Source of the DNA: Phallusia mammillata | Taxonomy: Eukaryota | Assembly: GCA_965637545.1 (NCBI GenBank) | Contig: OZ281494.1 | Location: forward strand, 14,074,001 to 14,138,000 | DNA: 64,000 nucleotides | Reading direction: 5' to 3' | Part shown: in pieces, positions 1 through 13,200 of the stretch | Layout of the letters: each line of letters opens with the position of its first letter | How positions within the stretch are numbered: position 1 is the first letter of the stretch | Position numbers and translations under genes: made by a program | The notes under the pieces: model-generated | What the model saw: only the letters and a program-made list of their open reading frames with translations | Databases searched by the model: none | Told to the model about the DNA's origin: nothing

Positions 1-1109
1 TAGCGTTAGGTCACGCACTGTAAACTTTTGAACAACGACACAATACGTATTTTTTGCAAGGTTTACATGCACTTTAAGCTCAATCTCTTCGAGAACCCTC
101 CCATTTCCACAATTCAGTAATCAGGCTTTACTACTGGTTTCATGTTTTGATGTGTTTTTGGAGCATTTTTTTTAAACCTTGTTGACATCCACCGCGTGTT
201 TCATCTTCGCCCCTATTGCATGAAAAAGTAGCAATGTTTTACATTGTTCATGTTGGACCAGAATATATTCACAGAGAAAAGAGGTGTACTTCACGGAAAT
301 GTAGACAAATCGTTACGCCATATCAAGTCGATCTCTAAGCATTCTCATGCGACAGTACATAGGCCAAAAAATCGAAACATAGACAAACATGAAGATTACC
401 AACAGATGCTTTAATTCTCGCTTGTTTTCGATTGGTAACAACGTTAGTTTGAAACCAAAACAGGTTTAATCTACATGACACGCGACACACGTTAGACGAG
501 TGCACCCCACAAAACCCCCGTGCCAAAGTTCTGGTGCCTGACAAGAAGCGTGTAGAATGTAACACGCGGTGATCTCATAGTGTAAGATCCCCGATTTGAC
601 TGTAAAGTTTGTCAACCGAGTGTAGATAAATTAAAATGTGCGGGAGTGAAGTTATTTGTCGATATATACCTAGGGGAATCACCGGCATTTAAGACATAAA
701 GTTACGTGATTTATTGACAATATGATCAGGTATGCTAAGTCAAGGTCCACGATTTGTCACAGCTAAGGTTAACCATCGCTTCCTATATAGCACTTGTTTG
801 GGATGCATGAAGAAATAGGCAAGTTTATGTTTTAAACCATTTTCTAACGTGTTTTTTACTATTAGGGCTATACTATCCCACTAGTTACTCATCTTATTGG
901 TTACTTTTGCTCGTTAATAGGTTTATAAAATTCATAAGGTGTAAATCATCAAAGGAACAAATATTCAACTCGACGAAATTTTCAGCAGTTTTTAACTTTT
1001 GAGTCAGACAGAGTATTGCTTACAAGTATGCAGTGAAAATACAATTCAAAGTTTTTTCTATCGCGCGCAGAAATTTTCGCTCAGCATTGTCAAATAGACT
1101 TGCATGTAT

Positions 1110-1315
1110 AACGTCATTTCCTGCCCATCGCTGACGCGACCTCGTCCAATAGGTGGCCTTGCCTGGCCTCCACTATATAGTTGCGCATGACAAAGCCCTG
1201 CCTGAAAACAAGTAAAATGACAAAATCGGAAGATTTTACAAATCGGAAGGCATAGCCACTGGCATTTTTGCGAAATTAAACACAAGAACTTGCGTTACTG
1301 TTAAATTTAGACAAG
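1110..1315 (+). promoter_or_regulatory. Candidate distal promoter / non-coding first exon of the Ets gene
   Basis: CCAAT at 1146, TATATAG at 1174, ETS-type sites (atttcctg ~1116, cggaag ~1227 and ~1244), possible donor acaag|gtagc at 1315. A strong acceptor (ttttattgcag, 4187) precedes the ATG at 4211. Confidence 0.35.
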
Positions 1316-4210
1316 GTAGCCTTTGTTTTGTATTTTTGTAGTTTTTTTTTACTTTTACTGTGTCAGTGAAATTATTTTGCAATGGGAAGCACATTAACAT
1401 TAAAAGTAATGCACATTAACCGCGATCTATGAATCACGAAGGACAATACTAGAAGTTGAACCGACCAGCAGCATGTAAGGCGGTGCAAGCACTCATAGCT
1501 CGCTGGCTGCATCACGACATGAAGTGATAAAGCTGTAATATAATTAACAGCACAGTGACAGAGCGAGCATTCCTCAACAAAACGAATCACTGCGAAAACA
1601 GCAACGCTGGCGCTTGTCAGGTAGAGGAAGGAAGCCTGCAATAAGCGCTCGTCGTTCCCTTATATGATTCCCACTCCCCAGCTACAGAACATTACGGATC
1701 ATCTAACTAGGTGCATTACAGGGGTGTCGAATTGAGGAGCTGTCATTACTCCCTGTCAATCAAGGTCTCTCGCAAGGAGCAGAGGAAGAAATGAAGAGAC
1801 TCCATGTCATCAGCAGTTCCTTAGTTACCTGTTGGTGCCTCGCTGCGTTTTACCTGTAAAGTAGATATGCGGAGCAACCGAGCGCCGCTTAAAATCTCCC
1901 ACTCTCTCTTACCATCATTCCTTCCTGTTCACGTGATCACTAGGTCCCGCGGGCCTTTTAATAAATATGATTAATGCGGCAATATCAGTTTGAAAAAATC
2001 CACACTAACGCTCCAGAGTGATAAGGATAGTAAGCCGTGTATTCCTGTTTAATGCCAAGCATCACATCATGGAACGCATCAGACTTTCAGGTTCTAGTTG
2101 TCGCAGTAAGACGTCGACTCTTCCGCTGAGTATCTTATTTATTCATGGGTTTGGTGTCTAGAAAAGCATAAAGGAGTGTAGAACTATCGTATTGAATAAT
2201 GAAAAAGAAAAAGTTGAAAAATTACTTCGCTTTGTTGCAAATTTTGTCACGTTGATCTTACGCCCAGCTAGTCAGGAATATTAATCCGTATTAGAAGTTT
2301 TGGCTTGATATAATATTACAATGCAGTTGTCAATGATATTTGAACCATGCATGCACTCGGGCTTTTGTAGAGCAACCACCTGTTGTTTATATTAAAGTTC
2401 AATGTCTCGCCAACAGACAGGAACCAATAACATTGTTCGTACGGAAACTGTAACCCATGACACGTGATGATACACTAGCACGTGTTGCAGCGTGAGCAAA
2501 AGACAGCTCAGTTTTCTCAGTTTAGATCAGGGATCATGCATAACAACAAGAAACATCTATCTAAAAATACAACTAGATGCAGATATTGGCCGACTTGTTT
2601 TTCAGAGTTGCAAAGAAAAAAAATAAGGTTTGTCAAGCGTAAGATCGACAATATACTAGTAAGGCAATATAGAGGTAAAGCAATATAAAGACCCAATTAA
2701 AAAAATGTTGCGTAGTCAGTAGCCTATTGGGTTTTGGTCATTATCAGCATGCTTATTCTAAAAGTAGTAACGCTCACAAGCCACGCAATCTACCGCTTAT
2801 GATACAAAATGTAACGGACAGCAAGTTAAAAAGTTTAAATGACTGTGAGTCAAAGCACGGTGTGGCAGAGTTATTTGCTAAATGCCATGTGTTGTTAGTA
2901 TATTGCAGGACTAAGCAGTGTTTGAAAACTAAACGAGTTGGTAATTTTTTAACGGGCCATTTAGTGAGAAAAAACAATGCATTTTCTGAAAGGTTTTGGA
3001 GCCTAGGCAAAAACTAACAATACGAATAACAAACTTGGTGAAAAAGTTTTACTCACAAAATAGATTTTTTAAGTCGTAAATGTCAATGAGCGATTTTGCT
3101 GTCGTTAAATCCTTAAAACACAAAAATTTATGTACTGTTGGCTGTTTGTTTTTGAGAAAGTTTTTTGATGGCGCAGCTTCAGGTAAATTTCAGCGAAAAT
3201 CTCGTTAAACAGTTGGCAAAGGGAGGTAGAAAATGTAATTAGTAATTAATGCTCTACGTGGAACACCTGTCGCATCAACATCATACAATATAGCCCTTCG
3301 CTGCAACAACACACGCACATCATGTTAGCAAATCTACAGCACATTTTTAACTATGATGCAATGACGTCATAAACGTTTGTCACAGTAGCCAGCATCACTG
3401 ATAGCCATTGAGGTCGTGTAACTGCTGACTGATGTTTTGAGATCACAGAGCTAAATCTGTTGTATTGTTGTCGTTGTAACTTTATCAGTCGGCAAGGGGG
3501 TTAGGCTGCTTCCACGAATTCAATGCATTGGGAGAGGGATGAATGAATTACAGGGGCTATTCAACGAGAAACATGAGTTTTGGCATTGTTTTGCGGCAAC
3601 CAGGCACGAGGCTTTAAGAAAGGCATATTAGCCAATTAATTAAGATCATTTACAAGTCTTCGACTTAACTTATAGGGTAGAGTGCCATTGCTAATGTATG
3701 AATAGGACCTTGACAGCAAAGCTGAGGAACATGGACCTTGGAATAGGCAAAACTTTGGATAAAGTGTTTTATTTTGGTACAAACAATCATTTTATAAATG
3801 CCTTCTTACGTAACATAAAAGGGCCTAAACAGGTGCTGTTACGTTTATAAGCAGCAAATTTTTCATAGAAATAAATGCTTCGCATCGACGTTAAACAAGT
3901 TGTTTTCGCCACAGATAAATCAGTGACATCATATTCATATATGAGACCTAATAATTCTGCATTGCCATTTTGCTTTAGTGAAGCAAGCTTGGTTTTTGAG
4001 ATCATGTTATAGCGTACAATCATTGCCAAGCATTCAAAACATTTTTTTTGTTGACTGTGCTTTTATAAAAATATTATTCAATAAAAATCAATTTATTTTG
4101 ATGTGAGGACTATAAAATGTTACCTGGTGACAACACCTGAGCACCATTGTCAAAGCCAAAATAATATCAGGATTTTTTTTATTGCAGTGGATGTTTAGGA
4201 TTACTAAATA

Positions 4211-7200
4211 ATGAACGCGTGTGGCGAGAATCGAATGGTCAATGAAACCTTTCAAGACCTCGGCGCTTACGTCAATTGCGATAGAGACAGCATGGTGCAA
4301 CATACGTCCGATTTACACTACCTGGAAAATTACAGGGAAGATATTACGCTCCCACCACTGGAAAAGGCCTTTCTGAGCATGAGGTCCACAAGGAACTCTG
4401 ACCGGTACATGGGATCCTGTCTAGTTCGGGAGGAGAACACCCTTGTCCCGTTTGACCTTACGAAGCCAGACCACGAAGATGAAGAAAAGGGGCCATTTTA
4501 TCTTGTAAACCAAGAAATGGGTGATACCATGAACCATGAACGGAATGATGTCATGAACAACGACGTTCTTCCAGTAAACGGAGTTGTCCAACCAAGTAAC
4601 AATTACTACGGTGACAGTTCCATGCAGGACACTTCAAATTACGGACCTATGATGTTTACTGCACTCTCGATTTCAGCGTCCAATTTGACTCTTTGCTCAT
4701 CCACGGCATCTAATGTGGTGATCCACGATCGCGTGTTTGAAAATTTGCCTCCATTAACGCCATCCTCATCTTCAAACTGTAGCCTGACTTCTTTGAAGAA
4801 AATCACGTCGTCCATTTCTGCAACCCCCATTTTGGATCCAGACTTCTTTCGTTCGAGCAAGCAACGTCGCCTCTCTAGCAAAGCGGGCCGCGGGATGCGG
4901 GGAAAAGGAGGAGGCGGGCGGAGGAAAAAGAAGGGGGGACGCTCAGATACCGGGGAAGAATCAGGAAAAGCAAAAGGAACTGATGCGACAGGAAAAAACG
5001 GTGTTTTCGAACAAAGTCATTGTGTAGAAAACAGGCGGTCAAGTACAGGAGAGTGCGCGATGCAGGATGGGGCGATGAGTCAGCAAGCAACTTTGGAAAG
5101 ATCACGACGCTCCAGCTCCAAATCGGATGCCCCGACATATGCAGATTTGAAGCCAACCAAAGGTATGGTTGAATTCGTTCAAAGCTATACCGTGTAAAAA
5201 CAGAGTCATGTTTTGGTAGAGGTTAATTATAAGCAAGTGTACACCCAATAAAATGTGTATGCTTGCCTGGCGGTTCTGTTGCAGTGGACAGACAAAGAAA
5301 TTATGAAAACCTTGAAAACTGTTCATGTGTGGCTCGAGACGGTAAGACATAGTAAAATGGCCTACGTTCAACGTAAAATAAAAAGAAGTGACAAAACGTT
5401 GTACAAAATAAAGCGTAGTGATCATTGATATTTAGGTTTACTATAGTTTCTCGCTTGTGTTTTATTGGATTGTATTTTTGGAATTACGTTTATCTCTGAT
5501 TACACAATAACGTTAGCTGGGGCACCGATCAGCCCTGAATATCCAACCTCGTGTTTTGACTACCATATATTGTTTCCATCAAACTCATGCATTTGCATCG
5601 TATTTTACATAACCCGTGACAGGACTACCCTAAGCACGCGCTTAGCCGAAAACATCTACAAGGTATCGAAGGAACTTGTTAAGGATGCCGCGTAATGTGG
5701 TACAGAGGAACAGAAAGTGGCGATTACCGACGATCGGCGCATTTGCCGCCGCTCGTTTGTTATGTTCATTTTACAAAATCGTGCCATGATGTGAGCAATG
5801 GCCAAATGTGTCCATGAAATATGGTCGCCGTTCATCAAAGCGAAACAACACGGTGTTACTGTAAACAGGGCGGGGTGCAACGAAAAAATGAGCCTAATCA
5901 GGGCGCTATAGAACTAAAGCCGGTTAATGTTTAGACCGACTGAGGCGTTAGGCAAAACTGCAAGTGCCTAAGGTGAAAATGAACCGCTGTGGTGATATTC
6001 TAACTTGCGTGTACCGGGTTAAGAATTGGGTAGCTTAACGAACTGCTTTTGTTGGCAGAAAGCGCAGTTGAGTGCGGTGGCTTGGGGCTCTTTTAAACTC
6101 TTGTAACCGGCTGTCAGGCAAAGTCACCTTGCGCGTGCAGTGTCTGCAAGCATCTGGAAAAACGCCCGACTTTGACTGATGTTGTGGTCTCTATAGCAGC
6201 GTGCCCGATCGTATTTATTGCACAGCTTACATGTGAGCGCTTCCGATATTGGACGCTCCATCGTCATAACAACGGCCCCTGAGTTGTTGCAACCACGTTA
6301 AGAACAATCACGATGATGTCCGGCCTATAGAAAGGTTTTCAAAACGGTGTTAGATGCGGCCCGGCTGCTGACTGTAGAAAGGCCGTAATATACCTACAGT
6401 TAAGTTAGAAATGAAAAAGATCAATTGCAGCATAAACGATTTGTTCATGGTGTCAGGCTTGAGCTACTTGACCATTGAAATCAGTTTTAGTTGCAGCGTT
6501 TTAGGGAAAGTCGTTTCTGTGGGGTTCACTCGTCAGGTAAGCGTGGCCCAGCGAATCACCAAAAATATGATCTTTGTTACAAAGTAAATAGTGAATATAA
6601 CGTTCCGGGGTTTTTGTTTCCGGTGACCTAACCCTCAGGACGGAGAAAAAGCATCATAGAACAATACTTTAGTTGTGACTGAAGATGCGTTGTGAGGTCA
6701 TCTATGCGTTATTGCACACGAGCGTGCACGCCACCGTCACATTAACGTCAAGGCATCCTGTCTTCTATCCGGTTCGAAACAGTTATTAATATTAACTGAC
6801 CGATAACAACAGCAAACTGGCGAAGATTGCCGCCCAGGTTTTGCTCCGATAAAACAGATTAGTATGTTAGTATACTATTGTAGTTCGGAGGGCGCTATAA
6901 GGAGTTTTATGACATTTGTAGGTTTGTTTGTCACGGCAGTCTGTCAGCAAAAAGGGTGTAATTTTTTTATCTCTGCTTGTGTTGAAATTGTTTTCAAACA
7001 ATTTTTGGAAAGTGAATTAAATACAAAAGTAGTGTTGTCTTGATACGCTGATGGTTCTTTTAATTTTTGTAGTGTCAATAAATATTTTTTTCGAAAAAAA
7101 ATTTCCCTAAAATTAGGCAGTTGTACTTTTAATGCACTTAGATACTAATGTACCAGAAGCGTAAAAAAATCCACAAATTAAATGTTTTTTTCAAAGATTT

Positions 7201-10200
7201 AATGCGTATTTTACGAATTACTTGAAAAACAAATGACTGCTGCTGTGTACGCTTTAGTTTTGGTAATAAAACAATACCGGTAATATGGTACATTAATTAC
7301 ACGCTAAGGGTGGAAGGTAGCAAGAAGAGGGTGACTCGAGTTGAGAGCGTTTTCTGACGAACAATACTCGTGTGTAAAGTCACGATCGCTATCAGACAAC
7401 AATGGAGAAAACAAACAATGCAAGTTTGCCTCAAAGGAACAATCCAATAAATAGCGACATGTGCTGATTCGATGTGTAGGATACGAATTTGACATCGCAG
7501 ACTGCTTGTAACGGAGGCGTAAAGTTACAACAGGGTCGCGTAGCAACAGCATCACCCTGTCGTATAGGGAAGAGATTACTTGTTCGGATTTCGTTCGTCA
7601 AGGAAACAAGCGCACTGTGTTTACGAGAACTTGTGATGGCTGATTGTCGTGATGCGATAGATACGAGTTTGGAAGCGTTGGTCCGTCCGCTGGAGGATAA
7701 AGTTTCACTTTAGCCCACGTGACCATACTGTAGGGTTTTGAAATAACCAGCTGTACATAAAAAAAAACTCAAAATTTTCCCACCTATCGGGCTGTTTACA
7801 GGTCGAAGGTCTGGTTTGTAAACATGAATCCTAACGCAAAGGGTTTTAACTTATTACCGAAATCTGCGAAGAGGTAAGCGAATGATAAAAACTTTGAGAG
7901 CCTGTGTCATATGTTATGTGGTTCTATTTACTTTAAAGTAACATAAGATAAAAAAAACATTTAACAAACAATAAGAATATTTTTCTGATCAGCTGACAAC
8001 CTTTTACAAAAACGCTTTAAAACATAGACAAATAAATTTATTTCCAAAACCAAATTAACGATACTGATCAACTTTGACTGAAAATTAAAACCTGCAAAGT
8101 TAGCTCAGTAGCAATCGAAGTTACTGACAGCAGTTGGGTGTTGTAACTTAAACACACGACCCTTGTACGCGACACAATGGGATATCCGTGGATTGCCTGC
8201 GCCCTAGCTCCCATATACTCTCAGTTTCCTTACAGGGAGTCGCTCCTTGTAAAAGATAAGATTCATAATGGTTTAACTATGGTGCACTTTATGAACCTAA
8301 TTCTTTTACTCTTATGCCGTGCTAAACTCCAGTTCGTTTCGGCTAATGAGTGGTCTCCAATGTCACGGCAGACTTAATCGTTTTTTGATAGCGAAGTTCA
8401 CTAGCAATGTTTGCAATAGACTCGCACAAGTCAGTTGGCTACGCAGAAAAGACACCTGAATCTACGAAGCGGTGACACGTGGAAATTTCCGCTAGCTCCT
8501 ATAGCTCCCCTCTCTGCACTGAACAGCTTCCTACTGACTGCTTTGGAGGTTAAATGGGTACATCCAGTGTTTTTTTAAGGTGTTCCGAAACGGTCCCCCA
8601 AATTTCTCAGCGGTTTCCCAAAATTTAATTTAACTAATAAATAATTCATTTAAGCAAATATGGCTATTTTTTGGTATTTAAATGAAACACTTGCGGTCTC
8701 TTAAAACTACTTAGCGGTCACCCAAACCAAACCTTAAAAAAACCTGGGTACATCATTGCAAAGTTTGCCTGGCAATAGTTTATTTTCAAGGCTGAATTAA
8801 AGGAGAAAAAAACTTTGCATACCATTCCTATTTAAACCGGTGTAATTAAAAACATGCATTTAACATGTGTACCTCGCTCAGTGGAGTAGCAATCTGAAAA
8901 CAACATCCAAGGTTACCCAACAGCGCCAATGACGTTTGGTGTTGCGTTTATGTTAATCGTGCCTGACTTCCGGACGAATTGTTTCATTGGCCTATTGCTT
9001 GTTTGTGTTAAAAGCGTTACATACGTCGTTATAGGTTTAACAGAAAATAAGATGCGTGTGTAATGCGTTACCCGTTTTTGGTCAAAATGGCCTGATAGGT
9101 TTCGCGTATGTGGTGGTTGATAAATCAAAGTAACCATTTACAGACACTTTAAAACTGATTGTTAACCAGACTGCGTGTAGTCGTTAAAACAAACTCGATA
9201 CGAAACAATTGTTTCAAGTGGCACAAACCATAAAAGAAGAAGTCAAGATAAAAGATTCATTCATTTGAACTTTTTTATCTTCGTTACAATGTAGCAAAGC
9301 TGAGGCTCGGCAAGCGCCTAAATTAGGTAATGGTTTACAAAAACAAATCCTATAAGACACCGACTTCGCCGCAAAACATGTGCAGATCTAGCCGTTACGA
9401 TTACGATTTACGAATCTCCTCAGTATTTAATGCCCTGTGCGTTAATTGAGTGGTGCCAAAGGACGATAGGGCAGGGTTTTACTGCGAAAAGATTAGTTTG
9501 AACCATTGTGTTCTTCAGTTGTACAGCGAAAGCAGCAATTTACGGGCGGCAGCAGAAATCGCTCGCACTGAATGGGAAGCGCTTAATTTTTCCTGCCATT
9601 GTGTGGCGCCCCATCCAATGACATGTGTCTGTCGCATGGCAGAAATTCGCGCCTTGCATCGAAAGCGCTGCTGGGTTGTCGGTTTAAAAGGGCCATACCA
9701 TTTAAAACAACATCAATTTATTACGAAGAATCCCGGTATGGCGAAATATGAAGTAAATTACTGCAGAACAATTTGAACACAAATACCACTACATGTCGAC
9801 AAACAACAATCCCTGTGTTGCAGCGGGTTTCGGACACCTTGTTCATATACCTTTGCCGTGAAAAAGCTTACACATAAAACCCGACCGTGGCAAACTGTTA
9901 AACAACGCTTATGTTGTTTACATGTGGCAACAAACACAAGCATTTCCTTGGGAAGTGCCCGCTGACCGCCTATTGTGCTGAGCGCCACGCGCGCCGATAA
10001 CTTTTAGAAATTGTGCGTACGCACACCGGCCATCCGGTACCAGCGTTATTGCGAAAAAACAACTTTTAGCGCTAATTACGTAGGGCTACTGCCTGCACAA
10101 AACCGCGATAATTTTGGGAATCGCGCCAACGCAAGATTGGAATCGTCAACCAGTTGGGCACGAGCGTACACTCAGGTTACTAAAACACGCCGCCGGTACA

Positions 10201-13200
10201 GGTAGTTTCCAAAAACTGGTCTCAATGGATCTGGTTTTCAGCTCGGACGAAGACTGTATCACGCATAGGCTAACGAAACCAGCTTATAGTAAGCTCGTCT
10301 TCTGGTATCTTCTTCCTGTGCATTTCGCAGGAGTTCGGGAGGATGCGCAATGTGCTTGTGTATATAGTTTAATGCGACTGCGGCGCTGATTTGTTGTTAA
10401 AAAAGCTCGCTACTTGCCTGCCTTTATCTGCCAGTGCAAGAGCTCTGTGTTATAAGATTCTGGTGTGCTTCCACAATGTCAGTGGAGTATAGGGCACTGA
10501 CAGTGATTCACTTTTACGGGAATGTACGCGCTGGGAAGGGAAATTTTGTTTTTAGCGTGAGAAGGCCAGACTATGGCAACTATATTAAGTCTATATTAAG
10601 TCTGGTTATTTGATTTGTTGTGCCAAACATCTAAAAAAAATTAAGGTAAACTGTATATACCGAGTAAAAGTAGGTGCGAGTAAAACGCAAGTTCAAATGC
10701 GCTTCTATGCGAATTATCAGCACTGCTGTTTGTTGTTCAGTTGAATTGTGAAACTATCCTATTTGTATGTTACCACACAGACTTTTTGTAGTGTAGTTTG
10801 TAAGTAATCACAAGTTCCGCTAGTGTTGACGCACAAATCGAATGGCATCACATCTGTATCACCAGAACGCCGAGACTCCAGCGAAAGTGTTTTGTTTCTC
10901 AGGTCCTGAATACGGTAAGCTTGTATTTTGGCCCGTTCTGTAACGAAAGCGTATTTTCAAACTTACCTGCAGATATACAGATACAGTATACAGATTTCGG
11001 AGATGTCTTCCTAAAAACGCAATGTAACTAAATGCTTCTGTTTTAACTAAATGATAGCTAAGAAAAAAATTTGAGGCGTTATAACATACAAAGTGTCATA
11101 CTCGTTTAGTGCCATATCAATCCAATATTTTTGTGTGTTTTTTTCGCTCAGTATGCATCAAGTTAATGTAAAAGAAATCGCTTAAAAAAACGTAAAATAG
11201 AGCAGACTAAAGCATGTTGCTTTTCTTGGTGACAAACAAATTTGCAATGGACTTTTTGCCGGAACTCATTGCGTCATGAAGTATTGCAGTGTTTTTAACT
11301 TTCGATTTACCTACATATACAATGGTTTTCCTTTACTACAGTATCTGTCAGGGTGAATCATTGCTGGTTTACGTCACACGCAAAACAACAACATGTAAAA
11401 CTGTCAGCATCACTTTTTGTCCGGACAGTCCCCATTTAGGTTTCCAAGAACAAAATGGCGCGGCATATCGAGGATGCGCCATTTTGATTTCCGCTTTCAC
11501 CTGTTTTCAATCAACATGTAATAAGTCATTTGAATGTTTGTTTGAACTGAACCTTATGTGGGGGTTTAATGATTCTTTCAAGTTGAATTAAAGACAAACA
11601 ACTGTTGTTTGGTTCTACAGAGTCAACAAAGCTAACATCATATCAGACGTAAAAAAAGATGATTTGTTGTTAGGCAACAATATAGTGATTAGTTTCTGAC
11701 TCATTTATTTAGTAATGTTATACACAGGATAATGTGATTGATGGCTACAACTTGCTGTTTTTGAATTCCGCACATCGATATTCTCAATTAATTTTACCCA
11801 GTTTACTTCGGACAGTTTAAGTTTGGGATTTTTGGACATTTGCTGTTCAACCAACTTATTCAAAACCAATTTTGACCCCACTACTGTTTCACTGTATTAA
11901 AACCCCGTATGCAACCACATCAGCCAATTTGGGGAGTCAACTCAAAATTTAGGTAAAAACAAATGTGTTTTTTGTTGCAGCAGCGGCTTGGAGGCAAGGT
12001 TGTACCGCAACCCTGTCTAGTCCAGGATCCGATTCCGGTTACTCTGACCACGTGGAGGCTTTGTGGGCCGGAAACAGACTTGGATTCCACAGTGCTCACC
12101 AGAGAATTCCGATTCAGCAGACAGACGGAGAGGCCGCACAGGTACATAATACTCTATTTCGGTTCAATTTCCTACTCAAACGCGCAGGTTGAAACGTTAC
12201 TTTAAGATTAAAATGGGTACAAGGTGTCTCCCTTCATTTGTAAATTTGTTTCCCATTAAGTCAGCCAGATCAACCGTCGGCATTTAAAGGTCATTCTAAA
12301 AGGCCATTGCATAGTCCTATACCAAGCAGATTAAAATGCCTTGAGATTCGTTTAACACCGACCCATATATCCAACATCTAATTTAAGCACACAAGAAACC
12401 ACAGCTTGGCTATTTTTGTTATGAAATACTTGTACTCAGGTCTGATGAAAGCTGTGATCTTGTCTGCGTCAGCGAAACTGTCAAATTGTGATGATGTTTT
12501 AATGACGCACAAATTCCATTCCACTGCTTGATGCTCTTTTGCGCATCTATTTTTAACTGCGCGTTTGAAGCAAGCGCAATCATTAACCCAACTAAAAACA
12601 ACTTGCCCACGACGCTAATAGTGTGTTAAAGTGTTAATGTACCTTTAAAATACTAGCTCGCATAGTTAGGCACGTGAAACAAAGTTGTTGTGTAGAAATT
12701 TACAATTAGTGTAATATTACAAACTTTCTCTTACAAACCAACATATAATATTCATTGGGCGACGTATTAGCAGACTGAAGCATGAAGTGTGCAATGTGTA
12801 ACATTGATAGTTGTTGCGCAATTTGGTTGTCATTCATGTGCATTATTTTATGCTGTCATTCACTGCAGCACCTTGCTTTCTTGACCCGCCAGCCACCAGG
12901 CAAGCGAGGCATGGACAATGACTATGCGAACAGTGATTGTGCCAGTACCATTGTGCACACACCTTTGCACTGTATCACTTCCTCTAGTCGCGCTGTGCTC
13001 GGTCGCATGGGGCAGCTGATCAGCTTGCTAGGTGTCTGGTCTTTAGCAAATACACCAGTCTTTCTGAAGTCTGCACAACCACGCTTTTGCTGTCCGTAAA
13101 AGCTGGTATGATTTAAAACAGCGCCGTTGTTAGCTTGTTCCTTGCGTCCGGCGTACAAGCGAATTAAGCTGCTGCCCAGCAGGCATACAGGTATCAACTT

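Noticed and set aside
4211-5197. 328-aa ORF as a stand-alone intronless gene
   Set aside because: The internal phase-matched donor at 5162 and Ets1/2-like N-terminal motifs fit better with a first exon of the ETS gene. Not fully excluded, since an AATAAA follows at ~5247.
7802-7873. Small exon-like segment (cag|...gag|gtaagc) with an ATG
   Set aside because: It has a stop in the frame coming from 5162, and its own ATG ends in phase 2, which does not fit 11981. At most a 5' UTR exon.
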